Source: Polyangiales bacterium
GTDB taxonomy: Bacteria > Myxococcota_A > Polyangia > Polyangiales > JADJQN01
Reading direction: 5' to 3'
NCBI GenBank assembly: GCA_964202905.1
Contig: CAXNJO010000001.1
Span: 128,001-192,000, forward strand
Length of the DNA: 64,000 nucleotides
This document shows, piece after piece, positions 9,812 to 22,221 of this stretch (its first letter is position 1; each line of letters begins with the position of its first letter). A model generated the notes under the pieces. It saw nothing but the letters and a program-made list of their open reading frames with translations. It was not told the origin of the DNA and made no database searches. The translations under genes and the position numbers were made by a program.

Positions 9812-12671
9812 TCACTCAGGTTGGTACGTCGTGCGCGCGTCGGCGTGAACGTCGATGTCGGCGTCCGTGAAGTAGAGCGGCGGCGCCTGGTTGGTGCGCC
9901 AGAACTCGATCTCCGCGCCGAAGTACGGGCTGCGCGCGTCGAGCACCTGCGCACCCGGCAGCGCGTTCCAGATCGTCGGCCCCGTGTCGGTCATCTCGAC
10001 GACGAGCCGCTGCTGCGGGCCCGAGCTGTAGGCGTAGTCGTCGCGGCTCGTCCAGAGATCGTAGTTGGATGCATCGACGCCCCAGAGATCGCCGTGGCGC
10101 GGGTAGCCGTCGGGGAACTCGGTGCTGTTGCTGCGCGGCAGCGCGAAGTCCGTGCCGAAGACGGGCAGCACGCTCGCGAGGCGCAGCGTGTGCAGCCGCC
10201 CCCAGCGCCAGGCGTCGAAGTCCGCCGCACCGAAGCGCGTCTCGAGCGCCTCGAGCAGCGACACGAACGCGCGCAGCACGAGCTCGTCGCGCGTCTCGAC
10301 GGTGCCCGCCGTCGTGAGGTCATCCCAGAGGATGGTGTCGCCGATCGCCGCGTCGTACGTCTCGAGGCGCGAGGGCTCGAGCAGCGCCCACTGCAACGTC
10401 TTGCTGATCGGCTGGCCCCACGGGCGGCGGCCGATGCGGTCGGCCTCGTCGTTGAAGGCCGCGCGCGTCAGGCGCGTGATCGCGGCGTTGAAGAGCGTCG
10501 TCGCGACGCTCTCCGAGATCTCGTCGCTCGACGGTGTGCCCTCGACGGCGGGCGGCGTCGTGAAGCGCCACGCCGCGAGCCGCTCACGCGCCTGCTCGAC
10601 GCGCGCGACGATGGCGGGGCCCGCGGCGGTCAGCTCGTCCGCGAGCTCGGGGTGCGCGCCGGGCGTCGCGGCCTCTTCCGCCGCGTGCTCGAGCGAGGTG
10701 ACGAGCGCGCCCGCGAGCAGCGCGCCGAGCGGCGAGTAGAGGTCGCCCTGCAGCGCCTTCATCTCGTCGACCGTGACCGCGCCGCGCTCGGTGAGGCGCG
10801 TGAGCGCGTCGACGATGCGCGCCTGACGGTGGCCGATGTCGTAGTCCCAGCCGATGTAGAAGGGCTCGGTCGCCGTGCCGTCGTTCACGGGGTTCGCGTC
10901 CGCCGTCACACCGACGAGGTCCTGGTTCGCCGTCGCGATGAAGCCGCGCGCGGGGTTGAGGTCGTGCGGGAGGTAGCGGTCCGACATCGGCGCGTCCGCC
11001 CACTCGCACGTGCCGTCCCCGGGGAGCACGAACATCGGGCCGAGGCCCTCGCCCGTCGTCTCGTCCCAGGCGAGACACTCGGGCGGACGCACCGGCACGC
11101 GCGACTGCGTGGACCAGAGGATGTCGTCCGATCCGCGCTCGACGATCACGAAGTTCTGCGCGCCGACCGCGAAGAGCTGGATGGCGTCGCGCGCCTCGTC
11201 GAGGCTCGACGCGGTGTTGAGGCGGAGGAACGCGCTCAGCTCGCTCGACGGATCGTCGCCCGTCCAGCGCACCGAGAGCGCGGTGCCCGCCGTGCGCGGC
11301 ACGACGTTCCCGTCGCGGATCTCCGGGACGATCAGGCCGTGGTGCGGGACACGCTCGAACGCCACCGTGACCGGCGCGCCGGTCGCGACGTTGATCGTCT
11401 CCGTCACCGTCTCGATCGGCACCTGCGCGCCGTCGAAGAGCACGGTGTCCGGCGAGGCACCACCTTCTGCGATGGTCTCCTGATAGACGTCCGTGACGTC
11501 GTGATTCGCCGTGGTCACGCCCCACGCGACGTCGTCGTTGTAGCCGATGATGACGCCGGGCACGCCGATGAGCGCGAGCCCCGAGACGTTGAGGTTCGCG
11601 CCCGCGCCGCCGTCGCGCTTCGTGTTGAGGTGCGCGAACCAGAAGAGCGGCGGGTTGTCGAGCGAGAGGTGCGGGTCGTTCATGAGCAGCGAGTGGCCCG
11701 TGGCCGACTTCGCGCCGCTGACGACCCAGTTGTTCGAGCCGCGGTCGCGCGGGGCGATGCGCTTCATCAGGCCGTCGGCGCCCTCGAAGAAGCGCTCGGC
11801 CGCGGCGAGCGCGGACGGGTCGGCGTGGAAGGGCGGCAGCGTCACGCCGGGGCTGCGCGGCGGGCGCAGCGCGCGCGTGCCCGTGTCGGTGCCGAGGTTC
11901 GGGATGCCCTCGCGCGAGAAGACGGCCTCGACGGGCTCGAAGGACCAGAAATCACGGAAGATCCCCGCGCGCGGGTCACCCGCCGGGAACTCCCGCGCGA
12001 TCGACTCGCGGGCCCGCGTGAGGCCGATCTCGTCGTTCGCGCCGTAGCTGAGCGCGTGCGAGAGGTAGCGACCGATCGCCAGCGAATCCTGCGGGCGCCA
12101 CGCGTCGAGCGTGCCGCTCGAGATGACGAAGTTGATGACCTCGGTGCCGCGCGGGAGGTCGACGCGCTCGGCGATCAGGTCGTCGATGAAGAGCGACACG
12201 CCCGCGCTGAAGGCGTCGATCGCGGTCTTCTCGGGGCTGCCCTCGACGAGGGTCCCGTAGATCCGCTCGGCGTTGCGCGCGTGCCCGACCCAGCGCGCCT
12301 CGATGTCGTCGTTGATGGAGTTCGCGTCGGCCATCGGCGAGAACTCGGAGACGCGGCCGGTGATGAAGCGGCGCGTGAGCTCCATCTGCGGGTAGCGGTC
12401 GACGGCCATCATGTAGCCCTGCACGAACGTCGCGTCGTGCAGCGTGGTCGCGTAGATGTGGACCATCCCGCGGTCGTCACGGATGACCTCGACGGGCCCG
12501 TCGAGACCGGGGAACGTGCTGCGCGCGCTGCGGCCCGCATCGGGGGCGCCGGTGTCGGCCGGGCCGGCGTCGGCGGGCGCGGGCGCGTCGTCGTCGCCGC
12601 ACGCCGAGACACCCAGCGCGAGGGCCGCGACGCAGCCGAGGAAGAGCGGAGATCGATGAGGGGAGCTTCAT
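9812..12671 (-). CDS. Penicillin acylase / acyl-homoserine-lactone acylase family lipoprotein (Ntn hydrolase); apparent frameshift near the start
   Basis: GPVEVIRDDRGMVHIYA, RGSNNWVV (N-terminal nucleophile Ser), NDPHL, GFIATANQD, WRWGRLH. The lipoprotein signal LFLGCVAALALGVSAC is in frame, but the only nearby ATG (12671) is off by one base. Confidence 0.85.
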
Positions 12672-12807
12672 GACGAATCCTCGTGATGCGCGGGGCGCGA
12701 GACGCATGTAGCGTACCACGCACGTCACGCCGATCTCACCGCGCAGGCACGTGTGCCGCAGCGGATTTCGGCGCTCATTCGCAACGCTGTTGCGGTTACG
12801 ATGGGCC

Positions 12808-15800
12808 ATGCGTTTCTCCTTGTTCGCGGGCCTCGTGCTCGCCTCGGTCACCATCGCTTCGGCCGCCCACGCCCAGGATCTCGACGTCACGGGCACCGTC
12901 ACGCTCGGCGGCGTGCAGCGCTTCGACACGGTGCGCGTGCGCAGCACGGGCCGCATCGTCGTCCCCGCGTTCAATGGGACCGACCGCGTGAACACGGGTA
13001 ACCTCGTCCTCATCGCGCGCTCGATCGTCGTCGAGGCGGGCGGCGTCATCACGGCGCGCGGCGCGGGCTACCAGACCCGCACCTGCGCCGACGGCAGCGG
13101 CCCGGCGAGCGCGCCGCTTGCCGGCGGGCGCGGCGGCTGCGCGGTACCCGACTCGGGCGGCGGCGGCGCGCACTTCGGCAACGGCGGGCGCGGCACGCGC
13201 GACTGCCCGAGCACCGGCTGCATCTTCCCGCGCGACTTCGAGGAGGACTGCGGCAACTCGCTGAGCGGCGCGGGAACGTCGTGCACGAACGTCACCAACT
13301 GCCGCACCGGCGACGCGCTGCCGACGGTCGCGGGGCAGCGCTACTACCACAGCATTTACGACCTCGAGTTCGGCGCGGCCGGCGGCGACAAGGGCTGCCG
13401 CGACGGCGACGGCTTCACGGTGCCGCCGGGCTCGGTCGGCGGCGGCGGGGGCGGGCGCGTCGTGCTCGTCGGGCTCGCCGCGGACGGCAGCGGCGCGGTG
13501 ACGATCGACGGCACGGTGACCGCGAACGGCAAGCGCGGCTGCGGCATCCAGAACGACTCCGCGGGCGGCGGCGCGGGCGGCTCGGTGTTCGTCGTCGGCG
13601 ACGCCGTCACCGTGGGCGCGACGGCCGTCGTCACGGCCGCGGGCGGGCTCGGCGGCGACACCTTCGCTGGCGCGGCCGGTCAGCCCGACGCGGCCGACTG
13701 CCCCGCGGGCGCGCAGACGGGCGGCACCTGCGACGACTGCGGCGGTGGCGGCGGCGGCGGCATCATCTCGATCCAGTCGCGCACGCGCGCCCTCGACGGC
13801 GCGGCGCGCTTCGACGTCGGCGGCGCGCTCGGCGGCGTGTGCCCCTCGTGCCGCGGCGAGGCGGGCGGCGGCGCGGGGGAGCTGCAGCTCAACCAGCTCT
13901 ACGTCGGCGAGCTCTGCGACGGATATGACAACGACTTTGATGGATCGGTCGACGAGGACCTCGGCGACGTCGGCTGCGGACTCGGCGCCTGCGCGACGTC
14001 GCTCCCCGCGTGCAGCGCGGGCACGCCGCCCTCGTGTCTGCCCGTCTCGGCGGGTCCGATGTGCACGGCCGCCTTCGTCGACGCGCGCCCGCGCGTCGCG
14101 GTGATCCTCGACACCTCGGCCTCGATGCTCACGGACCTCGCCGGCTTCCCCACCTTCGGTGATGGTTCCGTCGAGCATCCCGGTCTCGACACCGACGGCG
14201 ACGGCGCCCCGAACGACTCGCGCCTCTACCTCGCGCGCGAAGCGCTCGGCAACGTCATCAGCGCGTATCCCGAGATCGACTTCGCGCTCGCGCGCTACCA
14301 CGCGGATCAGGCGCTCGACATCAGCTGCCAGACGGCGGCGTGGATCGAGTGCGCGGGCCTGCTCGCGAGCTACGACGAGCCCGCCGACAACACGGGCGCC
14401 GCCGCGTGCACGGTGGCGATCTCACCGACCCGCTCGGTCAGCGTCAACCGCGTCTCCACCGACGAGGCGTGCATCCACTACGCGGGCTCCTGCGGCCCGC
14501 CGCGGCGCGGCGCCGACGTGCTCTCCGGCTTCGGCACCGAGACGCGCGACCTCGTGCGCTGGCTCGACGGACGCGAGACGGACTTCCGCGCGGACGCGAC
14601 GCCCGGCAACGTCTGCGACCACGCGGGCGGCGGCGACTGCGAGGTGCGCGGCACGGGCGGCACGCCGATCACCGGCTCGCTCGAGGCGATCGAGGACTAC
14701 ATCGTCCCGATCCGCGCGACGGATCCCGCCACGGCCTGCCGCACCTACAGCGTCATCCTCGTGACGGACGGCGCCGAGAGCTGCAACGGCAATCCAATTG
14801 CCATTGCACAGCGATTGCATGACGTCGACGGGCTCGACCTCTACGTCGTCGCGGTCAGCGTGCTCCCGGGGGAGGAGGCGGCGCTCAACGCGCTCGCGCG
14901 CGCGGGCTCGGGCGGGGTGCGCGGCGCGACCTTCGTGCGCTCGCCGGAGCAGCTCGTCCCGGCGCTCACGTCCATCGTCGCGGGCTCGATCCGCTTCGAG
15001 CGCTGCAACGGCGCCGACGACAACTGCAACGGCCTGATCGACGAGGGCTTCGACGGCCTCGGCGCGCCCTGCGACGACGGCGGGATCGGCGTCTGCCGCG
15101 GCGCGGGCACGCTCGCGTGCAACGCGGACGAGTCGCGCGTCGAGTGCGCGATCACGACGCCGGGCGCCGTGCCCGGCACCGAGATCTGCAACGGCCTCGA
15201 CGACGACTGCGACGAGCAGATCGACGAGGCGCTCGTCTGCACGGGTGGCTGCACACCCTCGGGCCCCGAGCTCTGCAACGGCGCCGACGACGACTGCGAC
15301 GGCGCGATCGACGAGGACGATCCGGCGCTCGGCACGCCCTGCGGGCTCGAGGAGGGCAGCTGCTCGGCCGGCACGATCGTCTGCGTCCGCGGCCTGCTCA
15401 CCTGCGCGGGCGCGGTCGAGCCCCGCACCGAGGTCTGCAACGCGACGGACGACGACTGCGACGGCGCGATCGACGACGACGCGCGCTGCCCGCCGCTCTC
15501 CGCGTGCCTCGAGGGCGCGTGCCGACGCGCGTGCGATCCGCTCATGGAGTTCAGCTGCCCGTTCGGCTTCGAGTGCCTCGCGCGCCCCGACGCGGGCGGG
15601 ACCTACTGCGTCCCGACGGTGTGCGCGTCGTGCACCGTCGAGCAGCGCTGCGAGGGCGACACCTGCGTCGGGCTCTGCGAGGGCGTGAGCTGCGCGGAGA
15701 ACGAAACGTGCGTGCGCGGCGCCTGCCGCGACTGCACGACGCTCGGCTGCCCCGCGGGCGCGCTCTGCTCGGCGCGCGCGTGCGTGCCCGATCGCTGCGA

Positions 15801-16305
15801 CGCCGACACCTGCCCCGCGGGCGACGGCTGCTTCGACGGCACCTGTCGCGCGGTCTGCGACGACCGCACCTGCCCGCGCGGCACCTCCTGCGACGCGACG
15901 GGCGCCTGCACGGCCGACGCGTGCGCGGCCGTCATGTGCGCGCCTGGCCTCGTCTGCGAGGGCGGCGCGTGCCGCGACGACGTCTGCACGCGCGCCGATT
16001 GCGACACGGGCAGCGTCTGCATCCCGGGGCGCGGCTGCGCGCCGGACCCGTGCGTGCTCGCGGTGTGCCCGGCCGGGCGCGTGTGCACGATCGGCGCGCG
16101 CGGCGAGGCGCAGTGCTTCATCGCGGGCGACGCGGGCCGCCCGGACCCGGCGGAGTTCGTCGCCGCGACGGGCGGCGGCGGGCTGTGCAGCGTGGGCGTC
16201 CCCGGCCGCACGCGAAGCGACGCCGCGTGGCTCGCGCTCGCGCTGATCGGGCTCGTCGGATGGACACGACGACGGCGCGCGCGCGCGTCGAGGGGGGTGC
16301 GCTGA
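12808..16305 (+). CDS. Secreted surface protein: Gly-rich domain, vWA, Cys-rich CNGxDDDCDG (MopE-like) repeats, EGF-like Cys repeats, MYXO-CTERM-like anchor
   Basis: Signal peptide MRFSLFAGLVLASVTIASAAHA; GGGAGG runs; MIDAS-like ILDTSASM...ILVTDG; repeated CNGxDDDCDGxIDE; C-terminal GGGGLCSVG...WLALALIGLVGWTRRRR. Confidence 0.8.
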   Translation: MRFSLFAGLVLASVTIASAAHAQDLDVTGTVTLGGVQRFDTVRVRSTGRIVVPAFNGTDRVNTGNLVLIARSIVVEAGGVITARGAGYQTRTCADGSGPASAPLAGGRGGCAVPDSGGGGAHFGNGGRGTRDCPSTGCIFPRDFEEDCGNSLSGAGTSCTNVTNCRTGDALPTVAGQRYYHSIYDLEFGAAGGDKGCRDGDGFTVPPGSVGGGGGGRVVLVGLAADGSGAVTIDGTVTANGKRGCGIQNDSAGGGAGGSVFVVGDAVTVGATAVVTAAGGLGGDTFAGAAGQPDAADCPAGAQTGGTCDDCGGGGGGGIISIQSRTRALDGAARFDVGGALGGVCPSCRGEAGGGAGELQLNQLYVGELCDGYDNDFDGSVDEDLGDVGCGLGACATSLPACSAGTPPSCLPVSAGPMCTAAFVDARPRVAVILDTSASMLTDLAGFPTFGDGSVEHPGLDTDGDGAPNDSRLYLAREALGNVISAYPEIDFALARYHADQALDISCQTAAWIECAGLLASYDEPADNTGAAACTVAISPTRSVSVNRVSTDEACIHYAGSCGPPRRGADVLSGFGTETRDLVRWLDGRETDFRADATPGNVCDHAGGGDCEVRGTGGTPITGSLEAIEDYIVPIRATDPATACRTYSVILVTDGAESCNGNPIAIAQRLHDVDGLDLYVVAVSVLPGEEAALNALARAGSGGVRGATFVRSPEQLVPALTSIVAGSIRFERCNGADDNCNGLIDEGFDGLGAPCDDGGIGVCRGAGTLACNADESRVECAITTPGAVPGTEICNGLDDDCDEQIDEALVCTGGCTPSGPELCNGADDDCDGAIDEDDPALGTPCGLEEGSCSAGTIVCVRGLLTCAGAVEPRTEVCNATDDDCDGAIDDDARCPPLSACLEGACRRACDPLMEFSCPFGFECLARPDAGGTYCVPTVCASCTVEQRCEGDTCVGLCEGVSCAENETCVRGACRDCTTLGCPAGALCSARACVPDRCDADTCPAGDGCFDGTCRAVCDDRTCPRGTSCDATGACTADACAAVMCAPGLVCEGGACRDDVCTRADCDTGSVCIPGRGCAPDPCVLAVCPAGRVCTIGARGEAQCFIAGDAGRPDPAEFVAATGGGGLCSVGVPGRTRSDAAWLALALIGLVGWTRRRRARASRGVR

Positions 16306-17819
16306 TGTCGCGGATCGCTTTGTTTTTGCGGGTCGCGGGGCTCCTCGCGCTCGCGCCCTTCGCGGCCGGGTGCGAGCTCGACCCCTACTGCGTGAACGGC
16401 TGCGGTGACGCCCCCGCGGACGCCGGCGACGCGGGCGCGCCCGACCTCGGCGGCCCCGAGCTCGGCCCCGAGGATCTCGGTCCGCCGCCGTGCATCCCGA
16501 CGGGCGTCGAGCTCTGCAACGAGCTCGACGACGACTGCGACGGCGCGATCGACGAGGACTTCGACCTCACGACGAGCCCGCGCGACTGCGGGCGCTGCGG
16601 CAACGCGTGCCGCGCCCTGAACGCCGACGTCGTGTGCGTCGCGGGCGCGTGCGCCGTGACGGCCTGCCTCGACGGCTTCGCGGACCTCGACCCCGCGACC
16701 GAAGACTGCGAGTACCGCTGCCCCGTCTTCCCGATCGGCGCCGAGACGTGCAACGGGCTCGACGACGACTGCGACGGCGCGATCGACGAGGCCGCGGAGC
16801 TCCCCGCGCCGCCCGCCGATCTCTGCCGGACCACGCCAGGCACGCCCTGCGCGAGCGCGCGCCCCGTGTGCACCACGCGCGGCACCGTCACCGCGTGGTT
16901 CTGCGACTACGCGACCACGGTCGAGTTCGATCCGGCAGTGCCGAACGGCCTCGTGCTCGAGGAGTCGCGATGCGACGGGCAGGACGGCGACTGCGACGGC
17001 GTCGCCGACGACGCGTTCACGACGCTCGACGACGCGTGCGACGACGGCGGACGCGGCGCGTGCCGCGATCAGGGCGTGATCCGCTGCGATCCGGCCGACG
17101 CCTCGGGCACCACGTGTGACCTCTCCGCGCTCCCCGACCCCGTACCCGGCGCGCCGTCCGCCGAGCGCTGCAACGGCCTCGACGACGACTGCGACGGCCT
17201 CGTCGACAACTCCGATCCCACCGATCCCGCCCGCATCCGCGACGACATGGTGCACGTCGTCCGGGGCGGCGCGGATTTCTGGCTCTACCGGCACGAGGCC
17301 TCGCGGCCCGACGCGACCCGGCGCGCGGTCGGCACCGACGCGACGCGCGCGTGCAGCAACGCCGACGTGCGCCCCTGGTCGCGTGTCTCCTTCGACGACG
17401 CCGCGGCCGCGTGCGCCGCCGCAGGCAAGCGTCTCTGCACGGGCGCAGAGTGGCGCGCGGCGTGCGAAGGCGCGTCCGCACGCACCTATCCCTACGGCAG
17501 CGCGTACGAGTCCGCGATCTGCAACGGCGCCGACCGCGACGCGGTCCCGGGGGGCGCGATCGACAGCGCCGAGTCGCTCACCGGCGCGCTCGCGATGTGC
17601 GTGAGCGAGGACGGCGCGCTCGACCTCTCCGGCAACGTGAAGGAGTGGACGAACGACGCGCGCGGAGCAGTGGGTGCACAAACCATCTACGTCGTGCGCG
17701 GCGGGTCGTACGAGTCTCCTGCGCTCGGGCTCGGCTGCGCGACGGATCTCTCGCGCGCGACCGGCGACACGCTGCTGCCGACGCTCGGCTTCCGCTGCTG
17801 CAGCGACACCGAGCCCTGA
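16305..17819 (+). CDS. Lipoprotein with MopE-like Cys repeats and C-terminal FGE-sulfatase-like (C-type lectin fold) domain
   Basis: Lipobox PFAAGC; CNxLDDDCDG repeats; KRLCTGAEW..AC, YPYG, DLSGNVKEW, RGGSY, GFRCC; TGATG overlap with the upstream gene. Confidence 0.8.
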   Translation: MSRIALFLRVAGLLALAPFAAGCELDPYCVNGCGDAPADAGDAGAPDLGGPELGPEDLGPPPCIPTGVELCNELDDDCDGAIDEDFDLTTSPRDCGRCGNACRALNADVVCVAGACAVTACLDGFADLDPATEDCEYRCPVFPIGAETCNGLDDDCDGAIDEAAELPAPPADLCRTTPGTPCASARPVCTTRGTVTAWFCDYATTVEFDPAVPNGLVLEESRCDGQDGDCDGVADDAFTTLDDACDDGGRGACRDQGVIRCDPADASGTTCDLSALPDPVPGAPSAERCNGLDDDCDGLVDNSDPTDPARIRDDMVHVVRGGADFWLYRHEASRPDATRRAVGTDATRACSNADVRPWSRVSFDDAAAACAAAGKRLCTGAEWRAACEGASARTYPYGSAYESAICNGADRDAVPGGAIDSAESLTGALAMCVSEDGALDLSGNVKEWTNDARGAVGAQTIYVVRGGSYESPALGLGCATDLSRATGDTLLPTLGFRCCSDTEP

Positions 17820-17840
17820 CGGCGCCGGCGGTTCGCGGCC

Positions 17841-19238
17841 CTACGCGCCCTCTCCCTCGGCGTCCTCGTCCCCCGCGCGACGGATGCCGAGGGCGCGCAT
17901 CTTCTTGTAGAGGTGGCTGCGCTCGAGGCCGAGGTCGGCCGCCGTGCGCGTGATGTGCCCCTGGTGGTGCTCGAGCGCGCGCAGCACGAGGTCGCGCTCG
18001 GCCTCCTCGACGAGCGCGCGCAGCGGCGTGCCCGGCCGATACTGCCCCACGCCGCCCGCGCCCCCACCCGCGGCGACGGGGAGCAGCGCGCGCGCGTCGG
18101 CCTCGACGATCTCGTCGTGCGGCGTGAGGATCACCAGCCGCTCGACGAGGTTCCGCAGCTCGCGGACGTTGCCGGGGAAGTCGTAGCGCGCGAGCAGGTG
18201 CAGCGCGCCCGGCGAGAGCGAGGTCCCGCGGCGATCGTTGGCCGCGCAGACCACGCGCAGGAAGTGCGCGACGAGCTGCGGGATGTCCTCGCGACGCTCG
18301 CGCAGCGGCGGCACGCGCAGCGGCAACACGTCGAGCCGATCGTACAAATCTGCCCGAAAACGCCCCGCCGCGACCTCCGCGGGCAGCGGCTTGTTCGTCG
18401 CCGCGACGATGCGCACGTTCACGCGCAGCACCTCGCTCCCGCCGACGCGCTCGAGCTCGCCCTCCTGCAGGACGCGCAGCAGCTTCGCCTGCATCGACGC
18501 GGGCATGTCGCCCACCTCGTCGAGAAAGAGCGTGCCGCCGGAAGCGCGCTCGAACTTGCCGCGCCGCTGCTTCGTCGCACCCGTGAAGGCGCCCGCCTCG
18601 TGGCCGAAGAGCTCGCTCTCGATGAGCTCCGCCGGCACCGCCGCGCAGTTCAGCTTCTCGAGCGGCCCCTTCGCGCGCCGCGACGCCTCGTGGATCGCGC
18701 GGGCGACGAGCTCCTTGCCGGTGCCGCGCTCTCCCTGGATCAGTACCGCCGCGCCCGCGCTCGCCGCGAGGGCGATGCGCTCACGCAGCGCCGCCATCAC
18801 CGCGCTCTCGCCGAGCAGCGCGTCGAACACGCCCGCGCGCCGCCGCAGGTCCTCGTTCTCGCGGCCGAGCCTGCCGAAGGCGAGCAGCCGATCGAGCGTG
18901 AGCAGCAGGCGCTCGCTGCCGATCGGTTTCTCGAGGAAGTCGTGCGCGCCGAGCTGCGTCGCCCGCACCGCGGTGTCGATGGTGCCGTGTCCGCTCATCA
19001 CGATGACGGGCACGTCGTTCTTCTGCGCGCGCAGCCGCTCGAGCAGCGCGATGCCGTCGAGGTCCGGCAGGTTCACGTCGAGCAGGACCACGTCGTACGC
19101 GGTGCGGCCGAGCTTCTCGAGCGCGATGGCGGCGCTGCCCGCGACGTCGACCTCGAAGTCCTCGACGCGGAGCGCGCGCGAGAGCGTGGAGAGGATGTTC
19201 TTCTCGTCGTCGACGATGAGCACCGAGGCGCGCGGCAT
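17841..19238 (-). CDS. Sigma-54-dependent response regulator (NtrC/NtrX family)
   Basis: REC (VLIVDDE, LLDVNLP), GERGTGKE, ESELFGHEAGAFTGA, LFLDEVG, PGNVREL, Fis-type HTH. Confidence 0.93.
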   Translation of the reverse strand: MPRASVLIVDDEKNILSTLSRALRVEDFEVDVAGSAAIALEKLGRTAYDVVLLDVNLPDLDGIALLERLRAQKNDVPVIVMSGHGTIDTAVRATQLGAHDFLEKPIGSERLLLTLDRLLAFGRLGRENEDLRRRAGVFDALLGESAVMAALRERIALAASAGAAVLIQGERGTGKELVARAIHEASRRAKGPLEKLNCAAVPAELIESELFGHEAGAFTGATKQRRGKFERASGGTLFLDEVGDMPASMQAKLLRVLQEGELERVGGSEVLRVNVRIVAATNKPLPAEVAAGRFRADLYDRLDVLPLRVPPLRERREDIPQLVAHFLRVVCAANDRRGTSLSPGALHLLARYDFPGNVRELRNLVERLVILTPHDEIVEADARALLPVAAGGGAGGVGQYRPGTPLRALVEEAERDLVLRALEHHQGHITRTAADLGLERSHLYKKMRALGIRRAGDEDAEGEGA

Positions 19239-19366
19239 GCGGGCGATGGTAGCCCGCCGCCGCGCGGACGCGCGCCGCGCACGTCTGCGCGCGGGGCATC
19301 GGTGGCTACCTGCACGCCATGACGCGCCTGCAGCACGGAGCTTCGAGGGGGGACGTCCCGCGCGCG

Positions 19367-20791
<1,425 letters not shown>

Positions 20792-20847
20792 TCGCTCTCC
20801 GGTCTCTCGCGGCGTCGCGTCGGGTCTGGGTCGGCGCGGCGCACGGC

Positions 20848-22221
20848 TCAGCGCGCGGGGACACAGCGCGGGCCGACGGGTGGCCCGTCTCCCGCGAGGC
20901 CGGAGCACGCGAACACGTAGACCTCCGCGGTGCCGGGCGAGCCCGCGACGACTTCGTGCCGGCCGCGCGTCGCGAGCATCGCCACGCTGGTCCCGAGACG
21001 CGCCGACGGCTCGGGCGTGCTCGCGGTGAGCACATCCGCGCCGCTCGCCTCGAGCGCGCTGCCGTTGCCGGGGATGAGCCACACCGCACCGGACTGCGCG
21101 GCGCCCTCGAAGGTGGCCTCGGGCGCGCCGACCGCGAGATCCCCGTCCCCGTCGCCATCCACGTCGCCGATCGCGAGCGCCGAGCCGAAGCCCGAGCCCG
21201 CGCACGCGACGCCGCGGTGATCGACGCACGAGACGATCATCGGCTCGACGGGGGTGGGGCACGTGCCATCCGCCGCGAGCAGCGCCGCGCCGTCGTACAC
21301 GCGCACCTGATCGCGGCGCTCCCGCCGCGTGGGGTCGTCGCCGACGACGAGGTCGGGCGTCCCGTCGCCCACGACGTCGCCGACCGCGATCACCGAGCCG
21401 AACGTCGCCGACGCGCCCTCGAGGCACGCGCGCAGCGTGCCCTCGCCCGCCGCATCGAGCTCGACGACGGCGACGCGACGCGGCTCGCCGTCGACCGCCG
21501 TGACCGCCGCGAGCGCGCCGCCTCCCGCGAGCGGCGCTGCGGCGACGTGCTCGCCGAGACCCGCGACGCCCGGCGTCCGTACCGGCGCGAGGATGCGCGC
21601 GGGATCGGCGTCGAGGTTGCGGACGCCCCTGAACGCATCGACCACGAAGACGTTGCCGGTGGTCCCGGGCGCGCCGACGAGCAGTCGGCCGCCGGGGAGC
21701 GCCGCGAGGGAGGCGCCGAAGCGCCCGCCCTCGGGGCCCATCACGCGCTCGATGCCGGCGCTCGCCGCGCTCTCGCAGCGGATGAGCACCGCGCTCGCGC
21801 CGGGTGCGCCCACGACGCCGCAGAGCGCTTCGCCGCGCCAGAGCGGCAGCCCCGCGAGGGCGGCGCCGGCCCCCGCCTCGCAGTCCGCCGGATCCCTGCA
21901 CAAGTCGTACACGGCGGGCTCGAGCGCGATCGCGTCGCCCGTCCAGCCCGCGTACACGCGCACCTCCGAGTCGGCCCCTGCGCTCGCCGCGAGCCGCGTG
22001 ACGCGCGTGCCGCCGACCTCGCCCTCGAACGTCGCGACGACCGCGCCGTAGGCCGCGCGCGCATAGGAGTCGGGCACCTCCGCGACCCGCACGCCGGTGT
22101 CGTCGGAGAGCCGGTCGAACACCGTCGGATCGCAGGCGCCGAGCGCGAGCGCGAGCGCGGCGCCGAGGCCGAGCGGCGCGCGGCGCAGGATCGAGGGACC
22201 ACGCATCGTCGCGTCGCGCAT
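20848..22221 (-). CDS. FG-GAP repeat (integrin alpha-like propeller) lipoprotein
   Basis: Lipobox [62 protein letters not shown]. Confidence 0.8.
   Translation of the reverse strand: MRDATMRGPSILRRAPLGLGAALALALGACDPTVFDRLSDDTGVRVAEVPDSYARAAYGAVVATFEGEVGGTRVTRLAASAGADSEVRVYAGWTGDAIALEPAVYDLCRDPADCEAGAGAALAGLPLWRGEALCGVVGAPGASAVLIRCESAASAGIERVMGPEGGRFGASLAALPGGRLLVGAPGTTGNVFVVDAFRGVRNLDADPARILAPVRTPGVAGLGEHVAAAPLAGGGALAAVTAVDGEPRRVAVVELDAAGEGTLRACLEGASATFGSVIAVGDVVGDGTPDLVVGDDPTRRERRDQVRVYDGAALLAADGTCPTPVEPMIVSCVDHRGVACAGSGFGSALAIGDVDGDGDGDLAVGAPEATFEGAAQSGAVWLIPGNGSALEASGADVLTASTPEPSARLGTSVAMLATRGRHEVVAGSPGTAEVYVFACSGLAGDGPPVGPRCVPAR

Noticed and set aside
17250..17819. FGE/C-type-lectin domain as a diversity-generating retroelement target
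   Set aside because: No reverse transcriptase and no template-repeat copy of the 3' end seen in the window.
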